In this document: one piece after another, positions 39,432 through 51,744 of the stretch
How positions within the stretch are numbered: position 1 is the first letter of the stretch
Layout: every line of letters begins with the position of its first letter
Source: Phoronis australis
Lineage: Eukaryota > Animalia > Phoronida
Assembly (NCBI GenBank): GCA_002633005.1
Contig: NMRA01000526.1
Location: forward strand, 1 to 64,000
Length of the DNA stretch: 64,000 bases
Direction: 5' to 3'
Program-made: the position numbers and the translations under genes
Notes under the pieces: model-generated
What the model saw: only the letters and a program-made list of their open reading frames with translations
What the model was told of the DNA's origin: nothing
The model's database searches: none

Positions 39432-42400
39432 TTATTTTTTAGGAATGGGTTTTCTTAGAACTCCAACCTTCCTTAGATATCGCACGAGAAACGGCGTACA
39501 CGTCAACGTACAAGCAATGCGAGCAGGAGCAAACACCTTATGAACGGCGTAAGCAATAACAAATGTACTAGCACCAGCTGTCACCCTTGAACTCAGAATG
39601 GATTCTCCCACACCCAGTTTCTGTAGCAGAGCAACCACGTCAAGCCCACTGAAAAAAAATATCACGAAATACAGGAACAAAGTCAACAAAACATACAAAA
39701 GCACATTACAGTACAACAGTAGTTCTTCAACAATATGGGGCAGAAAATTGCACGGTGATTCTTCATATTAAGCCAACAGTGGCACGATATAGGTAAAGTG
39801 AAAACGCACATCTTAAAATGTGTCGATTATTGATGGTGAAATCGACACATTTCATTTCGCGACAGAAACCCGCTGAAACTTCCTAATCATGCAGGGCGAA
39901 ACAAAAGTTCGCAAACCTCAAATCGGTCCCACCTCCGCTCTGCCAATGAGTACATACCTGCGCCCCCTGTCTTCCACTGACCAGTACGGGAGCGCGCCCC
40001 CTGTCTTCCACTGGCCAGGCTCCGACCCCAATACGGATTCCGCAAGGCGCCGATAGTCATATACATTTTTTGTACTTGCAAAATTTTTCAACGCAACATT
40101 TCTGAAACCGACACAAATGGCCAATAATCGACACATTTCTTGGGACATACGCAGGGACAGACCTGCAGCACTCTGGCCTTGGCACCGCAGACCCGCAGAG
40201 GATTCCGGGCTTGACAGCATGAACCACCATCTGGCGAGTTTTAGCAGATAGCCGGGACAGGACTAGGGACTGTATCCCGGCCTGCCGATAGACTCCGCTG
40301 TATGTTTACCATTGTTATATTTTCGAGGCTCCTTGAGAAAGCGACATAAACGACCAATAATCGACACATTTTGTGGGACTACCATGGTCTTTTATAGTTG
40401 TTATAGAAGTCCGCGACATACACAGTAAAATTATCAATCAATATTTCATCAAAATCTCAGTTTGATGGCTTGTAATGTACAGGAAGTCATGCAGGATACA
40501 AACAGTGAAGACGCCAATCATTTCAAGAGACAGACACAATCGGAAATGGAAACATGAGTCTCACCCTCAGTTACAGAGTACACAAGAACACGTCATTCAA
40601 AATCTGCACAACCTTTAGTTTTGAAGCGAAAATGGAATTCATCCAGGATCTAATATGATCATTGACAGGAGGTTGAAATCTTGGGCAAAAATAACAAAAT
40701 TTCCAGGCAAATCCATTATTTACTTCCATAAACCATGAAGTCCAACCACAATTAAATGACGAACAGACACACGCAGGTAAAGACTTTTCATTGCAGGACT
40801 AAATTTGGTAGAAAAGGGAGATTTTTTGTTACCAAGTCCATACTCACATTTTAGGCTACGAGACTTATTTTTAAATGTTCTCCCTTTATTGACCAGACCT
40901 TCAGTCTGAGTTTCTCAATTAATTTTGAAAACACCATAGTTGTTAACCTAGACTAATATGACAAATTACGTCAAACATTATGAATAACAGATACCAAGAA
41001 GCCACAATGTTTTTTATTATAATATATTTTGAACAACATAGGTGAATTTTTTTGCAACGTGGCTAATGTGATATTTACACCAAAACACGTCAAAGTACAT
41101 AGTCACTAAATGATGCAAAACCACATCGAAACGTGCAGTATGCCACCTACACTGCTACAAAACAATAACAATGTGGGTTCACCCGTAGAGCATCTGGTGA
41201 GACCTTAGACAACAACTGAGCTTTTTATCAATCCATTATATCATTTTGACAGCTTAATGTCAGTGACGTAGGTTTCTACTGAACTCGGATCTTCCCTTTT
41301 GTTTTATGACCAACTAACAATTCTGGTAAAGGAAAGGCACTAGTAGCTTCAGCTGTCTGAACTCAGGTATGGTGGTTGCCTTGGTTTTAATACATTGTAC
41401 TTCCTGGATCTTACTTATATCTTAACCAAAATTTTAAGTCGCTTAATAACTTACATAATGCTCTCGTTTTTTGTCACATGATTTTTTTAACTACAGACAT
41501 GATCACAGGCACCAAATAGGTGGGTGAGCTTGAGATGGCCCAGCAGACAGACAGAAACGACACAGAATACGGCAATAGTCACTTGCCCGTTAATAAGAGG
41601 AGAAAACTAGCTCTTCAAATGACTATTAAACAGAACACCAACAGACATGGAAAAATATAGGAAATAACAGGCACACAGGATCACAGTGACCACACCACAA
41701 CGTTTACGATATTTTAGTAAGTGAACAAATTGTTTCCACTGTCCTAGTAATAAGCCACAACTCCAGAGAATTAAGGTATCATTAAAACCGGAGACGTAAA
41801 ATTTCAACAAACAGTCAAAGGCCGGAAGGACCTAGACATGTTCAACAACCCTAGTTTCTCTAATTTTGGACACATGGCGAAGAGGTGAAATTTTATTTTC
41901 TTGTTTTTTTTACAAAAGATTTACCAAATTAATACTTTTCCATGTTCCTCAGTTATCACACAACATTTCTATGAGAAATTGCTGATATTCAAAAAATATC
42001 AGAAACTGAAACGTGAAAAGAACTCGTTTTGGCAATTACTTTAATTGCAGAAAATTGACGATGTTGCCGTATTAAGATCATGTGGTTCCCTTAAAAGACA
42101 TGGTGATATCATGCAAATTTTGGCATGATCTGACTTTACTCACAAGATGTAGTACTGTAATGAAAGCAACCCTGTTAAGAAGTCATCTTGGAAGCGAATG
42201 ATACTGACTGACCAAGCAAGTACATCCTCGACGAACATTTGTTCACTGACCAGAAACCGCTGAATAAATTCGTCTGAATTACGAGTCCATACAACCAGCA
42301 TGTGAGAGACCCATAACAGCAGCTGCCTAACACACGACGACCGCCAACCAGAATGAGCCCTAAAAACAAGTACAAACCTGGAGACTGCCATGTAAAAGCC

Positions 42401-44078
42401 ACCCAAAGAGGCAAGCGATATACAGACATGAAATACCACAACCGTGGCCCCGTACTCCTTAAACGCCTTCTTCAATCGATCTTTCTGACTTACGTTCTGC
42501 ACACTCGATTCCCCTTGCCCAGACGACGTGCTGTAGGGACGCTTCTGTATCTGAAAAAGGAGAGTGCAAAAATAACAATATCAGCAATAGCACATCATCA
42601 CTTGGTGACCTTGAGGCATCTTTGTAATAACATATGATTTGAAAATGTCCAGTTTTCGAAATATTTCACTCTAGAGTTTCACCAGTATCGATCAATTTTC
42701 TAAGGGTTACCTGTACACTAAAACCATCATCAGTGCTTTCACTTAAAACTGGTTAAATCACCAGGTTAGCACAAATTCGGGACATTCTGATGCAAAGGCA
42801 GAACAATCAAAAAGAAGGACGGTTGTGTCTAAAATGGGACATTTAAAAACTTGGCAGCGCAGTTTGGTTACGTGCACTAAAAATCTTCCGTGGTAAGAGT
42901 GGCCAAGTGTTGCTGGAGTTCAGGCAGTTTTTTGTGCACGGTAAAAGTTTTGCATTGTGGTATGGGTACATATGCCTGTGAAAACTAGTGTTGGTTTCCA
43001 CCTCCTGGAATAATTTCCGTTGAAACACATACAGTCTTAATACCTGATTGATCACATTCTCTTGTTCCTGAAAGAGTTCCTGTAGCGTTTTATGGCCACT
43101 AACATACTGACGGAAGGCCCGCTCACACTCTATGCCTGTTCCATACTTTCTGCAATTCTGCAGCCACATCTTGAACTGTTCGCAACTCTCGCCCTGAAGA
43201 CCCTGGGGGCAGGGTTCGCCACACTGATCAATCATCTTCATAATGTCATCTCCCTGCACTCCTTGCAAATCTGTCTGACTGGCTTCAGTGTGTTGACTGG
43301 ACCCACGGGCCACAACCTCGTCAATCTGCCGCTCTTGTTCAGCAAATATGTCCTTAAGACTGCGACGACCTGCAATGAATTCTTCCGCCTGTGTCTCACA
43401 GTCTAAGCCATAAAAGGCACAGTTTTGTAACCATAGTCGAAAGCTCACACACTCATCACCTTGTATTCCCTGTGCTGTGGGTCTATGGGGACTGAACACG
43501 TCATCATATGTTTCCTGGACACCCTGCATCCTGCCACGGTCAGAATCATCTGGCACGGCAGAGGTAGCGTACGAACGACTGTGAACCTTTGGATGGGCAG
43601 ACTGGATGTGTCGATCAGCAATATATTTTTCATCTCTCATAAAACCACCGCCTGGCATATTCATGTGTGTCGGATTTCCCATTTTGCTGCCTTTGTATGG
43701 CTCTGGTACATTCGTTTGCATGACACTGTATAGACTGACGGATCCGCGGGCGTCATAAGGTCGATCAATCGGCTCTCCCTCTTCGCAAACATAATTTTCT
43801 TCCGTTTCCTTAGCCAACTCCTCTTCAACGTCGAAATTAGTCGTTTCGCAAATCACTTGTGCACTCAGAATTTCTCTTGCCCTCGAAGGAGAGAATTCGT
43901 GCTCCTGATGCCCTTGCAAACTGTTGTCGTGTTCATTATTCGAATTCGCACTGTGTCTGCGAGCTGCACTAACACTGACGGGGCGCAGATGCTGTCGCGA
44001 AATTCTGAGAGCAGTATTTCGCTGACGAAGAACCGAAATGCAACGACTGAGAGAACCTAAGAGAACGGACCTAGACAT
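39432..44078 (-). CDS. FAM210B: FAM210B-like (DUF1279) mitochondrial membrane protein with a long N-terminal extension, ~474 aa, 3 exons
   Basis: Exons 43044-44078, 42378-42550 and 39432-39648 have AG/GT boundaries and phases 0 and 2. The C-terminus SQKDRLKKAFKEYGATVVVFHVCISLASLGGFYMAVSSGLDV...ASTFVIAYAVHKVFAPARIACTLTCTPFLVRYLRKVG is FAM210B-like. The N-terminus is an Arg/Ser/Leu-rich presequence. Joining exon 1 to exon 2 is inferred from phase. Confidence 0.85.
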
Positions 44079-46865
44079 ATCCGACAATGTCCCGACAGCG
44101 ATATTTCCAAGTTTATATGATTCTAGGATCTCCTCAAACACAATGACAACAAATCGTGAGTCAGCTTATTTGTACGTCACGTCAGCCAGTTCAGAGAGAC
44201 ATGCAGCAAGCTGGACGAGCGAATCAAAACACCGATCACGTGCACACTTGATGGTTTGCGATGGTCCTTGGTGGCGTAAACTACCTAACAGTGCAACAGG
44301 GACCAGGAGCAAATTTTGAACACTAGGGGTCTCTAGTAGACAACAAAAGTACCGCGCCAACGTGACTAGGTCATTGTCCTCCCGGCGCATTCGTCGGTCT
44401 GACACCACTGAGTCACCGTGACGGCCAACGGTTTTCCGCTCAGCCAAGTAGTGGCCAATAAGTCAAGTGAACCTTTCTCGAAGCGTATTAACTCACTGGA
44501 TTTTTAAATCCAAGTAAGGCAATTCTTAATAAAACTATATTACTCCAGAGGCCGGAATGTCTGGCAATTGCCTCCGCGCATGAGAAAAGCTCGCCTGGTC
44601 TCCAGCTACATGAGGAAAGCCCTCATATTCAGGTTTTGTTTATAACCTAGAAAGTATCAACTTACCAACCCCCTGTTGTCACTAGTAGTAGAAATAGTAT
44701 TAAACATTGGAACTAGACACCTAGCCACAAGCCGTTAGGTGCCAGGCCTATAATTCTGTGCACTAGATAAATTATTTTTATGAACTATTTGAAGACTCTT
44801 CGTTAGAAAAAACAAGAACAGCACAAAAAACAGGGTATTACATAACATCGATTTTTTTTCTACACCCAATACTTATGATTTTACAAAATGACCAGTTGAT
44901 ATGAAGGCGGTGTATGAATACATAAGTTGTAGAAATTGTCAGTAAATATCCTAGTGTTTTATTTCAAACATTTTAAAATTACTTTCGTTCGTACACTGTT
45001 TAGAACTTGATTTTACTTTCGTAACAGTGGATATAATATTTTGACAGGTTTATAATATACTACGAACTATTTTACTTGAGTAATGATACTGTATTTGCAT
45101 GGGTAAGTTGGCTTAGTTTGGTCACTTGTGTCATTCATGTAAATGAATAATAGTGAGTAGGACAAGAAACAAAACAATGGCAGAATTTCCTAAAGTTGGT
45201 GGCAGTTGCTAAGCTNNNNNNNNNNNNNNNNNNNNNNNNNNNNNNNNNNNNNNNNNNNNNNNNNNNNNNNNNNNNNNNNNNNNNNNNNNNNNNNNNNNNN
45301 NNNNNNNNNNNNNNNNNNNNNNNNNNNNNNNNNNNNNNNNNNNNNNNNNNNNNNNNNNNNNNNNNNNNNNNNNNNNNNNNNNNNNNNNNNNNNNNNNNNN
45401 NNNNNNNNNNNNNNNNNNNNNNNNNNNNNNNNNNNNNNNNNNNNNNNNNNNNNNNNNNNNNNNNNNNNNNNNNNNNNNNNNNNNNNNNNNNNNNNNNNNN
45501 NNNNNNNNNNNNNNNNNNNNNNNNNNNNNNNNNNNNNNNNNNNNNNNNNNNNNNNNNNNNNNNNNNNNNNNNNNNNNNNNNNNNNNNNNNNNNNNNNNNN
45601 NNNNNNNNNNNNNNNNNNNNNNNNNNNNNNNNNNNNNNNNNNNNNNNNNNNNNNNNNNNNNNNNNNNNNNNNNNNNNAGGGGGGCAAACCCCCCCTCCCG
45701 ACCTCCCCCCATTCGGTGCTATGCGCATCTACAATCGTGGTTCAGTTTGCGCAAATGTTTACAGCCGGACAAAATGTTGGGCCCCCCCCTTGTGATATCC
45801 TAGATCCGGCACTGTTGCTTCTAAGTTTCCTGTCTTCTCATGTGAAATCCGTGTACAACCTTCATGTTGAGAAAGGTCACAACTTGCAGGGTCACACGAT
45901 GATGGGATTAAATGCCACTCTTTTCCATTTGTGATAAGCCTATTTAGCTTTATCTCAAATTTAAGGGGTCCCTATATAGTAGCTTGTGAGACAGCCGGGG
46001 CCGCGTGAGTGGCAGTGCTGTAGTGGGGCGTAGGCGCGCGTAAGCGCAGCCAACCACCTTTTGCCATTTAACGTAGCACCTACGCACCGTAAATTACCTT
46101 CAATGCTCAAGGTGATGCGGTATGCTTTTGGCGCCTACTTACCTCTAACTTTACCACAACAGCACTGCCGTGAGTGGGCCGAGCAGTTGCCCTTTTGCCC
46201 CACCGTCTATACATGTAAATCTAATACTGCCAAGAATTTAGGGGAGGAAGATGACATTCCAAATTCATCGAGAAAATAAAATTCGTGCACAGCACAACAT
46301 TAGGCCTATCAAGACATTCGACCCAAAAAAATAGTGAAGAATTCAATAGGACCCCGCAGTGAGAGTGTTGACGAACGTGAGGATCCCCCGTTGAAAATTA
46401 CACAAAAGGAATATTTTCGATGATTTTACAAAATAATAATACCCCTTTTCCATACTATCACAAGAACAGTTTCGTTTGATTAGCGTTTAACTGACTAGAC
46501 CGCGTTGTTTGTACACTCGCACGTACAACTCTACGAAGTCACGGGAGCACCATTTTTGTCACTGTGTACCGGTACATGTCTAACGGGCCGGGATAGGCCT
46601 ACTCAAAGAACTGTACACGAACTCGCAATCATAAAAAGCGATTTCAGTGTAATTTTTCTGGAGTTCAAATTTAACTGGTGAACCGCCGCAGTAGGTACCT
46701 CTGAAATGAACAAAAATGCACATCAACACAAATAAATTCGGAAAATGTCTTGGGGGGAACCAGAAACCGTGAGTAGCCCCGTCTTTCTTTTCCCCAATTG
46801 CCCGTCAAAAAATCTGCGAGCGCCTTCGGAAATAGCTTGTAAATAACATTTCGTTTTGATTGAAA

Positions 46866-48370
46866 CAAATTCGTTGGTTTCTGATTTACATTTTGTATGT
46901 ATCTACGAAAATCGACAGATTCATAGACGATCTTTGACAATTAGAAGCTAATCTTGTAAGAAATGATGATGCTTTCAGTGAATTTATATCTGTAACGTTA
47001 AGTTGGGAAAATTGTTATAATCCTATCCCCAAATAGCAAAGTACGCTTAGACGATTTTGCCTGTCTAAAATAACTCACAAAGATAGTTGTGAAATTCAGA
47101 TAGTTGTACTGGGTGTCCCAAAAACATACTCACAATTTAAATGACAACAAATGCATTGTTTTTGACTTCGGTACAAAAGCTGTCGTTTTATGTCACAAAC
47201 CAGGAGATCAAAAAGGAATCGAGTCATTGAATCAAAGTAAACGCATTGCCCATGGAATCGATTGCCTCTATTTTCTTGTTTGTGTGAAATAGTAAAACTT
47301 TTTGTTATGGAAGCTAAGTCACTTTTTGGCGGGTCGCAGGGTGATGGAATATATTCTTGCCACTCTTTTCATATTCAGGGTTCCCGCCATTCGGCAGACA
47401 GGATCTTACCTAGGGGCGGCCCTGCATGGGTAATTGCCCCTTTGCAAATCCGGCACCAGTGAAAAAGACAATATTCCAATATCATCGAAAAATACACATT
47501 CCTGTATCAAGACATTCGGCCCAAATAATTAAAAATTGTCGAAAAATTCATTATCATGGACCGCCATCGAAAGGCTGGAAGTTTACAGAATTAGTGACGG
47601 TCACTGTTTGGAAATTGTGCGACAGTGATATTTCCAATCATGGTTTTGTGAACCAAAACGTGTCGATACGTATTCCCATATCATTCATAAGAACAATTCT
47701 TTTGAAAATAGTTTTGGGAGTTGTAGGAAAAATGTCGGGGTAAGACTTTTTGATGACGGTGAACACTGTACACTTGTCTAACTCACTGGGGGTATTCTTC
47801 GAAGAAATGGGATTGTATGTCGTACAGACAATCGTAATTTTACAAAGTTTTCAGCGATTTTAAAAGTGCAAGTTTAACTCATTAACCCTAATAGCTACCT
47901 CTGGGTTGAATCAAAATATTTGTGGACATTTATTGGGGGGACCGCCCGGCAATCCCCCCCCCCTCGTTGATAAACAACGAAGTTGTTGGTTTCTGATTTA
48001 CATTTTTATGTATCTATGAGAATCGACTGATTGATAGATGATTTTTTGACCGAGAAGCAAATATTGAAAGAAATGGCAATGCTTCAGTGAACTTAGTTAC
48101 GGGCTGACATTGGGAAAATCTAATCTATCATCCAATCCCAAAACAGTATAGTACACTAAACGATTTTTGTTTATCCTGTCTCAATGCTGTCGATGAATGC
48201 TGGACAGTTCTACAAGGTGTCCCAAAAATGTTCGCACAATTCAACTGACAAGAAATGGAATTGTTTATTTTCTTAAGAACAAGACTAGTAGTTATTGACA
48301 AACCGTAGATCAGATTAAACGCATTGCTCATTAAAATTTACAGATTAATTGTCTTTGCACTTCCTTGATG
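46866..48370 (+). repeat. Old local duplication (46866-47290 vs 47978-48370)
   Basis: Colinear diverged blocks GTTGGTTTCTGATTTACATTTT...GAAATG..ATGCTT.CAGTGAA...GGTGTCCCAAAAA. Confidence 0.7.
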
Positions 48371-48582
48371 TTTTTAGTTTCCACTAGTGTTGCGTAATGA
48401 TTTTCCGTTCTCCAAAACGGGTCGTTTGTTTGCCATTCCCGTACATGCAAAACACCTGATGGCTCAGATGTACAAAAAAGTTCAAAATAACGTGTAACCA
48501 AGGGGTAGGCCCGGCGCAGTGATCCAACTGAATTTAAACTCCCGGCGCCGTTGAAGTATGTACATTCTTGGGGCACCCACTG
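48213..48582. mobile_element. Tc1/mariner MITE
   Basis: TA|CAAGGTGTCCCAAAAATG...CATTCTTGGGGCACCCACTG|TA gives an imperfect TIR with TA flanks. Confidence 0.65.
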
Positions 48583-51500
48583 TATCATTTTCCCCTACCA
48601 TCGGAAACTGGACTACCCGTGTCCATTCAACAACTCAAGAGATTTTGAAACAGCCCCAAAGGCAATACACCAGGGACCTCGACAATCGGGATTTCACCCT
48701 TTCTAAATATACTTTCAAAGAATGACCCTAATATGCCTACATTTTTTCCAAACTGGATCATAATGAAATGACTCTCTGACTTTAGGGCCAGCGCAGACGG
48801 ATAGGTATACGAGCTGAATTACAACCGAGATGATCCAGAGGCTATGGTAGCAAAGCTCATTGAATTCGTACTTTCGCACTGTCGGGTCTCAGCCTTAGAT
48901 ACGTAGTTTAGAAGCAGCACCCAGCTGCTGGTAGGTGCCTCGACAGTGGCATAGTGTAAATTTAGAGGCGAACGCATAGGCACAGCATTTTGACTTAGTG
49001 CACATTTTTAGCGCTCGTGATATCCTGGAACGTTTAATTGGCGCTACACTAAACGATGGATGATCTTTGTAATGAGATAACTAAATATAACAACGCATAT
49101 TTCTCCTGCGATGAAGATGAATTAAAATTTACATCCTCTTTCTAGTTTAACAATTTTTGTACGGCCTACGAAACTGTGAAGTCATGCATAGGCCCACTTA
49201 AGTGTGAGAGACGACGTGGTCTACTAGTGCCGATTCTGGGAAATATACAAATAGCGACTACTTTAATAGTTTTTAACACCAATTACTCATTCCATGAGAA
49301 ATAAACTTACAGCATTCGTGTAAAACGCCGATACTTCAGAGTACATTTAGGCGATAAAATGGTCCACAAATTGCCAGCGTTTGTCAAAACTTAAAAGGGG
49401 ACTGTAGTCAAAATAATGTTGCAGTTAATCGGTTCTAACATACAAATAAAACTCACATTTGCCTGACTTGCGTGCCAAACTAAAGCCAATTCGAATTCAT
49501 GGTCAAAACACTGAATTCTGAAAGCGATCGCTGATTGGCTGATGTGTCAGTGACGTGAACGGCGGGGTATCGGCTGTTTTACACATTCATTGCTTATGTC
49601 ATATTTGAAGNCTGTGAAGTCATGCATAGGCCCACTTAAGTGTGAGAGACGACGTGGTCTACTAGTGCCGATTCTGGGAAATATACAAATTGCGACTACT
49701 TTAATAGTTTTTAACACCAATTACTCATTCCATGAGAAATAAAACAGCATTCGTGTAAAACGCCGATACTTCAGAGTACATTTAGGCGATAAAATGGTCT
49801 ACAAATTGCCAGCGTTTGTCAAAACTTAAATTCCTTCAGTTCGTTTGTCAAAACTTAAATTCCTTCAGTTACACCATGTGCGTACATGCCTTAGTTTCAA
49901 AACCGACCACATTTAATATGCAGTTTTTAAATATTTTTAAGAACACACGTGCACAGGAATAATTTTCTTGCAGATCACAACTCGGTTTGCCAACTTTGTC
50001 AACATTTCCAAGTTTGACAGTGAGCGCTACTGCATGGCCGACGTGTGAAGAAAACTCACGGTCAAGAGTTTAGATCAGGGTAGAGTTCAGTAAGGCTAGG
50101 ATCTTGCTAAAATCTAGCCAATTACGTGTTCTCATTTACAATACACGGCAATACCTTACGAGGTCCTTGCAATACTTAAGTGTATCCCAGGGCCCAGTTA
50201 AATGAAAGTTATACGCTGTATAGAAACTATGATGTCGCATTAACACGTGTCACGTTATTTTTTTTAACTATCTACCTGACGTCATGCAACAATCAAATTT
50301 ATCCAGCGGATAATTTTGAAGCTTTATGCAACCCAGCCCGGGTGAATAAGAGAAAGACGGAGCACCGAGTCTACGTCCCACTACACCCATAACTTACGGT
50401 ACGTATAGGTACTACATTAATTTTAAAATTAAAAAGGGTGACGACCGACCGACCACTGCCGATGGAAATAAATTGCTACTCCCTGGATATTCATGATCCT
50501 GCATGATGGAGGAGCCGCCCCCACAAATGTAATCTTTTTCTATAATTTCATCTTTATTGCGACCTCATCGACTTACGCCATTTTCTAATAGTATAACTAA
50601 ATATCGAGCCATGAATTCAATGAAAATAAATAGGGACTTTGGTGTTTTCAAAAGTTCACAAATACCCAGTAGATTTAGGGAACTTAGTAGTCTCTATTTG
50701 GGAATGTTTCATGCAACCGGACTATGGACTCTTGGCAGTTTGGAGGCATGCCATTATTTCCAAGTCCGAATTTTCCTGTGGGAGAAACCCAAAATACGTC
50801 ACCAATCTCACCACACACCTGTATGCTCTGCTACCTAAATTTTCCTCGAATATGCCCCGGCGCCCCGCCTCCTACGACTGCGGGGGCAGCATCCGCATTT
50901 GGGATAAGAACAGCAGAGACAAACCTTGTAGCAAAAAGGGTTCTAACCCAAGCTCACTCCTTGAGCAGAACGCAAGTGTATAGACACTTTAATCCACCCC
51001 GACAAACAATAAACTAAAATTAAAGTACTTTTGTACTTTGATAACTGTTAATGAAACAACAACTGAGTAAAATGTAAGACTATTTTTTATTTTTGCCAGT
51101 CACATTCTTTTTTAACAACAGTCTTTTCTTTGTAATATTTTTTTTGTATTTTTTCTATTGGATGGCTTTTATTTTTATAGTCCTTGTCATTATTCCAGCC
51201 ATGTTTTACATATATTTTTTATTTTCCTGATCGCGAAGACGAGGCGACTTCTCCTCCCCAGTCCTGGTGCTTCATCTGAAAAATACTAAGTCAACAGCTG
51301 GCCACAAGCACATGACATTAAGCAATGGACTAAGATTTATCCCGGAGACATTTCAGTTTGGCTTTATTCACTGATGGACACTGCAGGACAAAACCATGAA
51401 AACATCAATATTGACTGTATTTTTTGGTTTCGCCAACATGGGTGAAAGTGTGCAAACGCATGTTTAGAGAGGAGCAAAATACTATTACGCAATACCATCA

Positions 51501-51744
51501 ACTCAATTTATCTTCACTTGACACTGCCCACAGTATAAAATTCAAATACAAACCAAAGTTAATATAATACACATATAAAAACGTTTTACTTGTTTTGCAT
51601 ACACAAATTGGTTTCAGCAAATTAGTTGTATTGTGTTGTTTGGAGGTGGTAGATCTGAGAAGTGGGTAATTGCAGTCATAACTTGTTTTCGAACTAAAAG
51701 TGGTGTTTTGGTGTGGTATACCAAATATGGTAATTATGGAGTCT

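Noticed and set aside
42843-43043. C-terminal tail of the 432-aa ORF as a stand-alone single-exon gene
   Set aside because: A phase-0 donor CAG|GTATT at 43043 joins in frame to the FAM210B exon. The tail looks intronic, although retention cannot be excluded.
45135-45934. Long ORFs in the track
   Set aside because: They consist of X residues across an assembly gap.
49172-49830. ~220-bp near-identical direct repeat
   Set aside because: The second copy starts exactly at a single N (49611), so it is most likely overlapping contig ends or alleles.
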